This document shows, one piece after another, positions 25,716 to 39,279 of a stretch of DNA of 64,000 nt; the first letter of the stretch is position 1; each line of letters opens with the position of its first letter. The notes under the pieces are model-generated. The model ran no database searches, was not told the DNA's origin, and saw nothing but the letters and a program-made list of their open reading frames with translations. This DNA is from Heterodontus francisci. Its lineage: Eukaryota. A program made the translations under genes and the position numbers. The stretch is taken from NCBI RefSeq assembly GCF_036365525.1, contig NC_090373.1:52977339-53041338 (forward strand), written 5' to 3'.

Positions 25716-26152
25716 ACAAGCCTTGGTGAGTTGCTGCAGTGCATTTTGTAGATGGTGTGCTGCAGCCAAGGCGCAGGAGTGAATGCTTGAGGTGGCTGAT
25801 GGGATGCCAATCAAGTGGGCTGCTTTGTCCTGGATGGTGTTGAGCTTATCGAGCGTTGGAGCTGCGCTCATCCAGGTAATTAGAGAGTATTTCATCACAC
25901 TGCTGACTTGTGCCTTGTAGATGATGGACAGGCTTTGGGGAGTCAGGAGGGAGTTACTCACCACAGAATTCCCAGCCTCCAACCTGCTTTTGTAGCTGCA
26001 ATATTTATGTGGCTGGTCCAGTTCAGTTTCTAGTTGGTGTCAAACCCCCAGGATATTGCTGGTCGGGGATTCAGCAATGGTAATGCTGTTGAATGTCAAG
26101 GGGAGATAGTTCGATACTCTCTTGTTGGAGATGGACATTGCCTGCCACTTGT
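25600..26152 (-). mobile_element. CR1/L2-group LINE 3' remnant (same family as 20660-22225)
   Basis: LTPQSLSIIYKAQVSSVMKY..WMSAAPT..KLNTIQDKAA. Confidence 0.8.
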
Positions 26153-26154
26153 CA

Positions 26155-29100
26155 ATTAAACAGCACTGAAACAGGCTCTTCGGCCCATTGTGTCTGTGCC
26201 GGCCATACAGCACTCAACTATTCTAATCCCATATTCCTGCACTTTGTCCGTAGACCTATATGCTATGGTGTTTCAAGTGGTCATCTAAATACTTCTTAAA
26301 TGTTGTGAGGGTTGCTGCCTCCACCACCTCTTCAGGCAGAACTTTCCAAATACCAACCACCCTCTGGGTGAAAAAATGTTTCCTCAAATCTCCCCTAAAC
26401 CTGCTCCTTACCCTAAATCTATGCCCCCTGGTTCTTGACCCCTCCGCTAAGGGAAAAAGTTTCCTCCTAACTAACCTATCAATGCACCTCAATCATGTCC
26501 CCCCTCGGCCTTCTCTGCTCCAAGGAAAACAGTCCTAGCCTTTTCAGTCTCTCTTCATAACTGAAATGCTCCAGCCCAGGCAACAACCTTGTGAATCTCC
26601 TCTGCACCCTCTCCAGTGCAATCACATCCTTCCTATAGTGTGGTGCCCAGAACTGTGCACAGTACTCCAGCTCTGGCCTAACTAGCATTTTATATAACTC
26701 CATCACAACCTCCCTTGTTCTTATATTCTATACCTCGGCTAACAAAGGCAAGTATCCCATATGCCTTCCTAACCACCTTATCTACCTGTGCTGCTTCCTT
26801 CAGTGATCTATGGACAAGTACACCAAGGTCCCTCTGTACTTCCTAGGGTCCTACCATCCATTGTATATTCCCTTGCCTTGTTAGTCCTCCCAAAATGCAT
26901 CACCTCACACTTCTCAGGATTAAATTTCATTTGCCACTGCTCTGCCCCTTTTACCAGCCCATCTATATCTTCCTGTAATCTAAGAATTTCCTCCTCATTA
27001 TTTATAACACTACCAATTTTTGTGCCATCTGTGAACTTACTGATCATACCTCCTATATTCACGTCTAAATCATTAATGTACACTACAAACAGCAAGGGTC
27101 CCAGCACCGATCCCTGTGGTACATCACTGGTCACAGGCTTCCAATCGCAAAAACAGCCCTCGACCATTACCCTCTGCCTCCTGCCACTAAGCTAATTTTG
27201 GATCCAATTTGCCAAATTTCCCTGGATCCCATGGGCTCTTACCTTCTTAACCAAGGTCCCATGTGGGACCTTACCAAAAGCCTTACTGAAATCCATATAT
27301 ACTACATCTACTGCTTTACCCTCATCGACACATCTAGTCACCTCAAAAAATTCAATCATGTTAGTTAGACATGATCTCCCCCTGACAAAGCCATGCTGAC
27401 TATCCCTGATTAATCCCTGCCTCTCCAAGTGGAGATTAATCCTGTCCCTCAGAATTTTTTCCAATATTTTCCCAACCACTGATGTTAGACTCACCGGCCT
27501 GTAATTACCTGGTTTATCCTTGCTGCCCTTGAATAATGGTACCTCATTCGCTGTCTTCCAGTCCTCTGGTACCTCTCCTGTGGCCAGAGAGGGTTTGAAA
27601 ATTTGTCAGCCCCTGCTATCTCCTCCCTTGCCTCACATAGCAGCCTGGGATACATCTCATCTGGGCCTGAGGATTTATCCACTTTTAAGTCCGCTAAAAC
27701 AGCTAATATTTCCTCCCTTTCAGTGCTAATATGTTCAAGTATAGCACAATTTCCTCCCCCCCACCCCCGATCTCTACACCTACATCGTCCTTATCCATAG
27801 TGAACACAGATGAAAAGTAATCATTTAAAACCTCGTCTATGTCCTCCGGCTCCACACAAAGATTGCCACGTTGGTCCCTAATGGACCCTACCCTTTCCCT
27901 GGTTATCGTCTTACCCTTAATATACTTATAAAACGCCTTGGGATTTTCCTTTTATCTTGCCCGCCAGTGTTTTTTCATGCCCCCTCTTCACTCTCCTAAT
28001 TACTTTAAGTGCCACCCTACACTTTCTATACTCCTCTTGTGCCTCCCCTGTTTTCAGCACTTGGGATCTGCCATAAGCCTCTTTTTTTTTTTTTTCCCTG
28101 ATCCAATGCTCTATATCCCTTGACATCCAGGGTTCCCTGGACCTGTTAGTCCTACCTTTCACGTTAATGGGTATATGTTGGCTCTGGACTCTTACTATTT
28201 CCTCTTTGAATGATGTGATGTAGATTTTCCTAAAAGTAGCTGATCCCAGTCCCCTTTGGCCAGATCCTGTTTTATCATATTGAAATCGGCCTTCCCCCAA
28301 TTCAGTACTTTTATTTCTGGTCCATCTTTGTCCTTTTCCATAACTACCTTAAATCTTAGAGTTATGGTCACTATCCCTGAAATGCTCCCCCACTGACACT
28401 TCTCCCACTTGTCCTGCTTCATTCCCTAGGATTAGGTCCAGTACTGCCCCTTCCCTTGTAGGACTTTCTACATACTGGCTCAAAAAGCTCTCCTGTATGC
28501 ATTTTAAGAATTCCGCCCCTTCTGCACGAAGACTATCCCAGTTAATATTGGGCAAGTTGAAATCCCCTACTATTATTACCCTATTATTTTCACACCTCTC
28601 AGATTTGCCTACAAATCTGCTCCTCTATCTCTCCCTGACTCTTTTGGAGGCCTGTAGTACACACCCAGCCAAGTGATTGCCCCCTTTTTGTTTTTAAGTT
28701 CTACCCAAATCCTTACTGCAGTAATTGACTCCTTGATCAACAGTGCAATGCCACCTCCTGTTTTATCATCTCCCCTGACGCTCCTGAAGATTCTATACCT
28801 GGAATATTGAGCTGCCAGTCCTGTCCCTCCCTTAACCATCTCTCTGTGATAGCAATAATATCATAATCCCATGTGCTAATCAACACGCTTAATTCATCTG
28901 CCTTACTAGTAAGACACCTTGCACTGAAATAGGTGCCATACAACCTTGCATTTTTCCCTTGTGCCTTACCAGGTCTATATTTGCTCTGCCTTCCAGGCAG
29001 ACTCATTTTCTGTTCTATATTACCCCCTACTGTACCTCCACTCTCTCCCATCCCCCTGCCAAATTAGTTTTAAACCCCCCCACAACAGCAAATCTCCCAG

Positions 29101-30164
29101 CAAGGATGCTTGTCCCATTCCGGTTCAGGTCTAACTTGTACAGGTCCCACCTTTGCCAGAAACAGACCCAGGAAACTAAAGCCCTCCCTCCTGCACCATC
29201 TCCTCAGCCATGCATTCATCTGCTCTCTCCTCCTATTTCTAAACTCACTAGCACGTGGCACTGGGAGTCATCTAGAGATTACAACCTTCGAGGTCCTGCT
29301 TTTTAATCTGTTAACTAGCTCCCTAAATTCTTGTTGCAGGACCTCATTCCTTTTTCTACCTATGTCGTTGGTACCAATGTGTACCATTACCTCTGGCTGC
29401 TCACCCTCCCTCTTCAGAAGGTCCTGCAGCTGCTCCGTGACATCCTTAACCCTAACACGAGGGAGGCAACATACCATCCTGGAGTCAAGTTTGTGGCCAC
29501 AGAAACGCCTATCTGTACCCCTTATGATAGGGGATTCTATCACTATAGCTCTTCCATTCCTTTTTTCCCCTCTGCTGTGCAGCAGAGCCATCCTTGGTGC
29601 CACAGACCTGGCTGTTGCTGCTTTCCCCTGGGAGGTCATCTTTCTCTCCCCACCCCCCACCCCCAAAACAGTATCGAAAGCGGTATATCTGTTTGAGAAG
29701 GGGATGGCCACAGGGGTTTCCTGAACTACCTGTCTGCGCCTATTACTCCGCCTGGTGGTCACCCATCCCTTTTCTTCCTGTGCTGCCATTTCACTTACCT
29801 GGGAGCAGAGCGGAGCGGAGGTGGTGGACCTGCATGGAACCTGATCCGGAGCGGCGGCTGTCTCTCTGCGTCTCAGCATGCGCTGAGACTTGAAAAAGAG
29901 GGGGAGAAAATGTAGTGACATCACGGGAATTCTGCAAGGTGGTTGGGTAAGTAACAACTGTTGGTGCCTTTAAATTGCTTAAAACACGGAAAGTTTTTTA
30001 AAAAAAAAAAACCTCCAGGGATAAGGTGAGTAGTACTACTTAAATTAGAGTAATTTATTAAGGACTTTAGATTGTAGTGGGTAGTGTTTGGTGTAGAACA
30101 AGACACCTAGTGTAGTTAGTATTTTTTAAAGGGAGTAACTAAATTAATTTAGAGGTAAGTTAAA
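26155..30164 (-). mobile_element. Near full-length CR1 (HER1-like) LINE: ORF1 SGNH esterase, ORF2 APE-RT, frameshifted
   Basis: ORF1 VHIGTNDIGRK; ORF2 [57 protein letters not shown]. Confidence 0.95.
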
Positions 30165-30769
30165 TGCCTGCCATGAAAGTATGTGGGTATTGCTCACATT
30201 TTTAGTTTCTCCTAAAGGTGGTGGTGGGCTGCCTTAGTGAACTACTACAATAAGTGGTGAAGGTACTCCCAGCATGCTGTTGGTGATTTCCAGGATTTTA
30301 GCCCAGTAATGAAGGAGTCCTGACATATGTTTGTCAGGATAGTGTGTGGCTCGGAGGTGGTCCCATGTACCAGCTGCCCTTAACCTAGGTGGTAAAGATG
30401 GAGCTGCTGAAGAAGCCTTGGCCAGTTCCTGCAGTGCACCCTGAAGATGGTACACTTAAAGTACTAATCAAAATGATTGCTTTGTCCTGAATAATGTTGA
30501 GCTTCATAAATGTTGTGGCTGCATCCATCTAGACAAGTGGAGAGCAAGCTACCACACTCTTGACTTCTGCATTTTAAGTGATGGAAAGACCTTGGAGAGC
30601 TGGGAAATGAACCACTGAATACAGAATACTCGGCATTTGATCTCTCATAGTCATGACATTTGGTTCTGCTCAATGCTGATACTCATGATACAATTGGGGA
30701 TGGGCAATAAATGGTGGCTTAGATAGTGATGCTCACATTCCATGAATAATTTAAAAAAAAATAAATCCT

Positions 30770-31010
30770 TTTTGTGATGTTGATTGAGGGATAAATATTG
30801 GCCAGGGCACGGAATAACACTCATCCCCTGCTCTTTGAAATAGTGCCATGGGATCTTTTATACCCACCTGAGAGGGCAGACATGCTTCAGTTTAACATCT
30901 CAACCGAAAGGTGCACCTCTGAAGTGCAGTACTCCACTCGAGTATCAGCCTAGATTGTTATGTTCAAGTCCTGGAGGGGTACTTGAACCCAAACCTTGTG
31001 ACTCAGCATT
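30770..31010 (-). mobile_element. DeuSINE (SacSINE1/AmnSINE-like)
   Basis: Reverse complement contains the Deu core tctgccctctcaggtgg..aaaagatcccatggcactatt..ggccaatatttatccctca. Confidence 0.8.
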
Positions 31011-31039
31011 GTAATTGGTCAGCTTTTTCTTGTTACATA

Positions 31040-32220
31040 CAAACATATGAATTCGGAGCAGGAGTAGGCCACTGGGCCCCGTGAGCATGCTCTGTTGTTC
31101 AATAAAATCATGGCTGATCTGATTGTAACCTTGATTCCACATTCCTGCCTACCCCTGATTAGCCTTTCACCCCCTTGCTTATCAAGAATCGATGGACCTC
31201 TGCCTTAAAAATATTCAAAGACTCTCTTCCTCAAAAGACAGTGGAAGCAGAGTTCCAAAGACACTCAACCCTCTGAGAGAAAAAATGTCTCCTCATCTCT
31301 GTCTTAAATGGGCGACCCCTTATTTTCAAATAGTGACCCCTATTTCTAGACTCTCCCACAAGGGGAAACATCCTTTCCACATCCACCCCGTCAACCCCTC
31401 GGGTACTTATGTTTCACTCAAGTCACTTCTTTCTCTTCTAAACTCCAGCGGCTACAAGCCTAGCCTATCCAACCTTTCCTCATAAGGCAACCTGCCCATT
31501 CCAAGTATTCGTTTAGTAAACCTCTGAACTGCTTCCAATGCATTTACATCCTGACTTAAATAAGGAGACCAATTCTATACAAATTACTCCAGATGTGGTC
31601 TCACCAATGCCTGGTATAACTGCAGCATAACCTCTCTACTTTTGTATTCAATTCCCCTCACAATAAACAATAACATTCTATTAGCTTTTCTAATTGCTGA
31701 ACCTATGTTAAGACGTAGCTCGACAAGTTTCCACATTGTCAGCTAGATGCTGTACTGGATTCACCAGGATGTTGCCTGGGCTGCAGCATTTCAGCTATGA
31801 AGAGAGATTGAAAAGGCTAGGGTTGTTTTCCTTACAGCAGAGAAAGCTGAGGTGAGATATGATTTGAAGTATACAAAATTATGAGGGACATTGATAGGTT
31901 AGATAGGAAGAAACTTCTTCCCTTAGTGGAGGGGTCAATAACCAGGGGGCATAGATTTAAGGTAAGGGGCAGGAGGTTTAGAGAGGAGTTGAAAAAAATT
32001 TCACCCAGAGGGTGGTTGGAATCTGGAACGCACTGCTTGAAGAGGTGGTAGAGGCAGGAACCTCAACATTTAAGAAGTATTTAGATGAGTACATGAAGTG
32101 CCATAGCATACAAGGCTACAGGCCAAGTGCAGGAAAATGGGATTAGAATAGTTAGGTGCTTGATGGCTGGCATAGCTTGATGGGCCGAAGGGCCTGTTTC
32201 TGTGCTGTATAACTCTGACT
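31040..32220. mobile_element. Two CR1 3' fragments in opposite orientation (31040-31700 minus; 31750-32220 plus)
   Basis: Recognisable CR1 tails and ORF2 C-termini. Confidence 0.8.
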
Positions 32221-33093
32221 CTCTGGAACAACTTAGCTAGGGGCGCAGCTAGTTCTAGAGTATAGGTCTGCAGCACTACAGCTGAGATGTTGGGACCCAT
32301 AGCCGTTGATCTGTCTGCTGTGCTTGTCCATTTAACACCATGTGAGTGAATCAAATTGACTGGCATCTGTGGGTGGGGGAAATCAGAAGGTCAAGAAGGA
32401 TCATCTCAGTATTTACAGTTGAAGATTATTGCAAACTTTATAGCCTTGTCTTTTGCACTTGTGCTGGACTTTGCTGTTGTTGAGAATGTGGATCTTCATG
32501 GAGTCTAGTTTTTCAATTAGTTGTCTGCTACCATTCACGATTGAATGTGGCAGATTTGCAGAGCTTTGATCTGATCCGTTAGTTGTGGGATCACTTCACT
32601 GTCTGTAACATACTACTTTTGGTGATTAGTAATTGAAGATGTATTTATCCAGGATGTTTGGGATATTATAACCACAAGACCCTCATAGTTAATTGCTAAA
32701 GTAGAACCCAGTCTGTTTTAATAGATTATTTGTTGTAACTTTATCTTTATTCAAATTCTGTAGCTTGAAATCTGAATTGTATCCTCTTAAACTGTACTGT
32801 TAGAGTGGTTTTACATTGAGTTGGCAGTATGACCCTGAGCTGAGTCTCCATCAGAAAGATCCCATACTTCCACTTCAGTTACCTCTGCTCCTGCTTCAGC
32901 ACATCTACAGCTGCAATCCTGATCCATGCTTTGTCATCTCTCAACTTAATATTTCAACACTCTCTTGACCTTTTGTAATTAAAAGGGTAATATGTTTCAC
33001 TTTATCTCAAGAGGGCTGGAATACAAAGGGATGGAAGTTATGCTGCAGATGTATAAAGCTCTGGTGAGACCACATCTGGAGTACTGTTCAGTT

Positions 33094-33972
33094 TGTTACG
33101 ACCACGTGCGAAATGTGTCTAGGTGTCTGTTACTCTCGTCACCTGGTCTTATTGTAACAGGGTTTAATTTTAAACCCACTTTGTTTTGAGATCCCCCTTT
33201 GTGAATCCTTGTTCACAACTTTCCAATTATAAGGCAATGCAATGAGCACAAACAGGCTTTCTGTAGTCTAAAGAGGAAAAATGAAATTTATTAAACCTTA
33301 AACTGTAATACGGTTAACGCCTACGGATATACGACATGCTGGCATGCACACGCGATACAGGCAAATAGGGATAGAAAAGAGCAGAAGAAAAGATAAGTAG
33401 AACAGTTTGAGGCAATATCTCGTTACTGTTTCTCAAACTTGCTGTAGTCTGTTGAAGATATGGTCTTGCGTTTTGTTGGGGCCCAGTATTCGTCTTAAAC
33501 CATGTTCATGTAGGAGACTGTTCTCTCTGAGTTTGTGTCTTCACAAGATTCAGTTCCGTGGGAAAGAGATGGAGGGAGGCAGACAGGAGAGGAGATGTTC
33601 TCGGTCCATGAGCACACGGCGTTCTCTGTTCTCATTCCTTTGGGAGTTCAAATTTTTTTTAAAACTCCCAGGTTGCCCAGCAAGTTAGTCATGTGACTAG
33701 CTCCTTATATGGAACAGTCTCTCCTGCGATGTTTTTGGGTTGTACCTTTAGCAGTCTCTGGAACGCTAGCTCCTCCCACCTTCAATGTCTGGTCATCAAA
33801 AAGTTCATTGTTGGTTGAGTGAGTCAGGGCATGGCCCTTTGCCCCTTGTTCCAACACTCTCTCTTACCATGGAAATGTCTTTCCGGTCAGGGGCTTGCAA
33901 TTTTAAGTTTTAATGTTCATGTGGCGAAATCATGTGTGCCTCAATCTTCGTAGGTGGAGGGTTTGCCTGACA
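33094..33972 (-). mobile_element. Solo LTR (Gypsy family related to element C) inserted in CR1
   Basis: TGTTACGACC...CCTGACA, 879 bp, 4-bp TSD AGTT; same terminus as 41300 and 46340. Confidence 0.9.
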
Positions 33973-34759
33973 AGTTCTAAGCACTTCAATTCAGGAAGAA
34001 TCCATTGGCATTGAGCATAGAAGATTAGTGGTGAATTCAGTCATTCATTTGGGATGATTGAAGGATTTGCGGCAAGTAGAAACTTTCCTTTGGCGGAATC
34101 CAGAACACGGAGGAAAAACCTTAAAATTAGAGCTAAACTGTTCAAGAATGATGCCAGGAAGTACTTCTTCGCACAAAGGGTAGTGGAAATCTGGAACTCT
34201 TTCTCCCACTAAAAGCTGCTGAAGCTAGGATGAATTGAAAAATTCAAAACTGAAATAGATTGATTTTTGTTTATGTTATAAGAGATATGGAACAAAGTCA
34301 GGTAAATGGAGTTGAGGTACAGATCAGCTAGAGTCATAGAATTATACAACACAGAAACAGGCCCTTTGGCCTAACGCATCTGCACCGACCATTAAGCACC
34401 CATCCAATCTAATCCCATTTTCCTGCACTTGGCCCGTAGCCTTGTATGCTATGGCGTTTCAAGTGCTCATCTAAATACTTCTTAAATGTTGTGAGTTCCT
34501 GCCTCTACCACCCCTTCAGGCAGGGTGTTCCAGATTCCAACCACACTCCGGGTGAAAAAAGTTTTCCTCAACTCCCCTCTAAACCTCCTGCTCCTTACCT
34601 TAAATTTATGCCCCCTGATTATTGACCCCTCCGCTAAGGCAAAAAGTTTCTACCTATCTATCCTCTCAATGCCCCTCATTATCTAATTGAATGGCAGAAC
34701 ATGCTTGAGGGGGTGAATGGCCTAATCCTGTTCCTATTTTTCCCCCTTTAGATCATTCC

Positions 34760-35490
34760 ACTGTCTTTCATTTGTCACACCAGTTGACATCAAATATTGG
34801 ACGAGCAGAAATTTCCTCCAACTAAGTACGAGGAAACCTAAGCCATTTTGTTCAGTTCCTCATGCAAAATCCATTCCCTCATCACTGACTCCATTCTGTC
34901 CTTGACATCAGTCTTGAGATTGAACCAGTCTGTTTGCAACCTTGGTGTTATATTTGATTCAGAGATAAAGTTCCAATCACATATCTGTGCCATCACTGAG
35001 ACCACCTACTTCCATCACCGGCTTCGCCCTGTCTCAGCTGATCTTCTGCAGAAACCCTCATCCATGCCTTTGTTACCTCTAGACTTGATTATTCCAAAGA
35101 CTGTTGGCTGGCCTCCATCTTCCGGCCTCCATAAACTTAAACTCATCCTCAACTCTGCTGCTCATATCCTAACTCGCACCAAGTCCTGTTTACCTGTCGC
35201 CCCTGTGCTCGCTCACCTTGCTCATGGTTAATTAACACCTTTTTTTTCATCTTGTTACTAAATCCCTCCATGGCCTCAGCCCTCAGCTGCTAATCCTGGC
35301 CTCTTGCATGTCCCCAATTTTAATTGTTCTACCATTGGCAGTCCTTTGTCTAGCTGCAGAGGCCCCAAGCTCTGGAATTCCCTAGTTTCTCCATTTGTGA
35401 CTAAGTGTCAAATTTTGCTAATGCTCTTGTAAAGTGTCTTGGGACATTTTGCTGCATTAAAGGCACTATATAAATGCAAGTTGTTTTAAG
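34760..35490 (+). mobile_element. L2 LINE 3' remnant
   Basis: NQSVCNLGVIFDSE and LHKLKLILNSAAHILTRTK; tail tataaatgcaagttgtt. Confidence 0.8.
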
Positions 35491-35729
35491 ACCCATCTTT
35501 CACTGATCCATTCGTTTTCTTCAGCTCAGGGTCTATTTTTATTGATTCTGTCTCTGTAATGCATCTTTGGACGTGTTTCTATGTTATTGGTGCTGTATAA
35601 TTGTTTTTTGTTCATTTGCTAGGGTTCTAACTCAGATGATCTAGAATATCATGGTTCAGAATGATGGGGTGGAAGTCTTCATTGACAACATGGGATCTGT
35701 CAAAAGGAGTTTGGGCAGTCTATTCTAAA

Positions 35730-36845
35730 AGAGTATCTACAGTGTTCCATTATCCTACCAAGTGCCACATAGTAGATTTGTTAGTAAAATTAAAGCATGT
35801 GGGATTTGAAGGACAGTGGCAGCATGGATACATATTTCGCTAAGGGACAGAAAGCAGAGAGTTAGTGGTGTTTTACAAATTGGATGGAAGTATACAGTGG
35901 TGTTCTGCGGGGTTTGGTATTAGGATCATGCTCTCTTTGATATATATAAATGACCAAGGCTTGGGTATGTGGGGTATCATTTCAAACTTTTTAAATTCAG
36001 AAATGTAGTAACCAGTGAGGGGGACAGTAATAAGTTTCAAGAGGACATAGACTGATAAAGTGGGCAGGCACATGGCATGTTAAATTTAATGCAAAGAAGT
36101 GTGATGTGATGCATTTTGGTAGGAAGATTGAGGACCAGCAATAGGAACTAAATAGTACAATTTTAAAGGTGGTGCAGGAACAGGGGGACCTGTACACAAG
36201 TCTTTGAGAGGTAGAAGGACAAGTTGAGAAGGCTGTTTAAAAATATGTGGTCCTTAGCTTTGTTAATAGAGCAATAAAGTAGAAAAACAAGGAGGTTATG
36301 CTGAACCTTTATAAAATGCTGGTTAGGCCTCAGCTGGAGTATTGGTGCTCAATTCTAGGCATCACACTTGAGGAGCGACATCAATGCCTTGGAGAGGGTG
36401 CAGGAAAGATTTACTGGAATGGGATGAGGGACTTCAGTTATGTGGAGAATCTGGGGTTGTTCTCCTTAGAGCATAGAAGGTTAAGGGGAGATTTGATAGA
36501 GGTGTTCAAAATCATGAAGGGTTATCATAGAGTAAATAAGGAGAAACTATTTCCAGTGGTAGAAGGGTCATTAACTAGTGGAAACAGATTTAAGGTGATT
36601 GCCAAAGGATTGATAGGCAACATGAGGAAACATTTGTTTTATACAGTAAATTTTTGTGATTTGGAATGTACTAGCTGAAAGGGTGATCAAAGCAGGTTTA
36701 ACAGTAACTGTCAAAACAGAATACTTGAAGGGAAAACAATTATGTCTACTGGGAAAGAACAGGGGAGTGGAAATAATTGGATAGCACAAGCACAATGGAT
36801 TGAATGTCTTCCGTCTGTGCTGTATCGTTCTATGATTTTATGATG
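35730..36845 (+). mobile_element. CR1 LINE 3' remnant
   Basis: [14 protein letters not shown] and RRLRGDLIEVFKIMKG. Confidence 0.85.
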
Positions 36846-37294
36846 CTGAAGTGCAAAATTGAAGGAAATTTACTGGCTCAGCATTCCTGATTGTAGCAAC
36901 CTTCCCATTCCAGCCAAGGTGGACTGCAAAATTGGAGCCTTTACCCCTTTTCAATTGTTTAAGTAGCAGAGACAAGGGAATAGCTCACCTGCCTTTTCTG
37001 CCTTACATTTGGCAAAACAATATGATGGTGATCAGAAAGGTTTCCCTTTCCTGAATAAAATGGAACTGGTTTTTATATTAATGAGTAGCTTCTCACTCAC
37101 TTTATAAAAGAAAAGTAAATTAGTTCATGGTACCTGTATTTGCATTCATGCAAGATTGAAGATAGTACACCCAATGGTGTGATTCCATATTAAGGGAGCT
37201 ACAAAATCAGAAGTGTGTAGCGTGATGCATGAGTTTTTAGGATTGGATTGGGGTGTTCTAGTCATGTAATGTTATTATTTGTTGATGTAACAAG

Positions 37295-37637
37295 TAAAGG
37301 CCTGCTACCTGATCCGAACCAGACGGGACCCGACAACGTGTCGGGGTCGGGTCGAGTTGCACTTCTGGGTCCGGCATTTGGGCTCGGGTCGGGGCAGGTC
37401 GGACACGCTCCATCACATGTAAGTGGCTCCACTGTTAATTTAATTGTTGGACGAGAAAGGTGGTTTTGTTAGTTATTTTAAGCTTGTGCAGATCAGCAAC
37501 GAAGTGAAAAACGGAAGGTAAGTTGATGGTCGGATTGGGTCGGGCATGGAAAAAAAAAAATGGAAGGGCTCGGGTCGGATGTGGTTCTGTCAGGCTTGGG
37601 CTGGGTTTTATTTTTTGCAGACCCGAGCAGGTCTTTA
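37295..37637. mobile_element. hAT-superfamily MITE
   Basis: TIRs TAAAGGCCTGCT / AGCAGGTCTTTA, 8-bp TSD GTAACAAG/GTGACAAG, many TCGGG/CCCGA subterminal motifs. Confidence 0.85.
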
Positions 37638-37699
37638 GTGACAAGTGGTTTTGTTAAAACACAATGTACTGATCTATAGGGCCTTGATGAGATAACATC

Positions 37700-38260
37700 A
37701 AGAGTGAAATGTACAGTTTTGGTCTCCTTACTTAAGAAAAGTTAAAATTGCATTACAAGCTGTTCAGAGAAGGTTCGCTTGACTAATTCTTGGGATGAAG
37801 GTGTTATGAGGAAAGGTTGAACAAGTTGGGCCTATACCCATTGGAGTTTAGAAGAATGAGAGGTGATCTTATTGAAACATATAAGATCTTGAGGGGACTT
37901 GATAGGGTGGATGCTGGAAGGATGTTTCCACTTATAGGTGAGACTAGAGTTAGGGGACACAGTTTTAAAAATAAGGGGTCTCCCATTTAAGACGGAGATG
38001 AGGAGAAATTTATTTCTCTCAGAGGGTCGATAGTCTGTGGAATCTTCTTCCCCAGAGAGCAGTGGGGGCTGGGTCATTGAATTTATTCAAGGCTGAGTTA
38101 GGTAGGTTCTTGATTGACAAAGGAATTAAATGTTATGGGGGGCAGACTGGAAAGTGGAGTTGAAGCCACATTCAGATCAGCCATGATCTTATCAAATGGT
38201 GGAGCAGACTTGAGGGGCCAAATGCCCTACTCCTGCTCCTAATTCGTATAACTTTCTTAT
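37700..38260 (+). mobile_element. CR1 3' fragment
   Basis: ORF2 C-terminus and ctactcctgctcct tail. Confidence 0.8.
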
Positions 38261-38375
38261 GTGACGGGATGTAGAAATGTTGCAATTGATCCAGTCACCA
38301 ATATTGAATTCCACTTTGGTTATTGGTGTGATTTAACAAATTACAGTTTTTGTTTGAGGTATTAAATTTTTAGAT

Positions 38376-38787
38376 TCTTCTTCTTTGGCCTCCTTGTCTC
38401 GGGAGACAATGAGTAAGCGCCTGCAGGTGGTCAGTGGTTTGTGGAGCAGCGCCTTGAGTGGCTATAAAGGCCAATACTAGAGTGACCGACTCTTCCACAG
38501 GTGCTGCAGATAAAATTGGTTGTCAGGGCTGTTTTGCAGTTGGCGCTCCCCTTGCGCTTCTGTCTTTTTTCCTGCCAACTGCTAAGTCTCTTCGACTTGC
38601 CACACTTTAGCCCTGCCTTTATGGTTGCCCGCCAGCTCTGGTGATCGCTGGCAACTGACTCCCACGACTTGTGATCAATGTCACAGGACTTCATGTTGCG
38701 TTTGCAGACATCTTTAAAGCGGAGACATGGACGGCCGGTGGGTCTGATATCAGTGGCGAGCTCGCTGTACAATGTGTCCTTGGGGAT
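38376..38787 (-). mobile_element. RTE-clade LINE, 5'-truncated
   Basis: RPTGRPCLRFKDVCKR...CSTCGR...IGLYSHSRRC C-terminus, (GAA)n tail, 10-bp TSD ATTTTTAGAT. Confidence 0.9.
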
Positions 38788-39279
38788 ATTTTTAGATAGA
38801 TTTACAATTAAATAATGTTTGAATTATGTGAGCCAGAAGATTTGGAAATAATTTTTCTTAGCACTGTTAGTTTGTTGATGGACAAATCTTAAATTCGAAT
38901 GCCAGGTTTTCTTGATATCATCTGCAAATGAATGGGAATCGTGATTCCCAACTTTGTTTGTAGCCTAGAGGGCTGTACGATAGAATGCATCGAAGTGGTC
39001 CATGAAGACAAAAAGCTTAGATGTGCTTGGGCTTTAATAATTTGCATTTATATAGTACCTTTAATGTAGAAAACACCCAAGGCACTTTAGCAGCATTGTA
39101 TGGCATAGGTGTTCTTCATGCTTGAGGCTGAGTATAGGAATTAGAATGTGATGAGCTGGGGGAGGAGAAGAGAAAGGGATGGAGGGCACTAGGAGAGAGG
39201 ATGTAAGAGAACTTCAATGCACATGGTCAACTTAAATTTACTGTTTAGTACTATTTGAAAATGAAAATTCACTCTCAAG

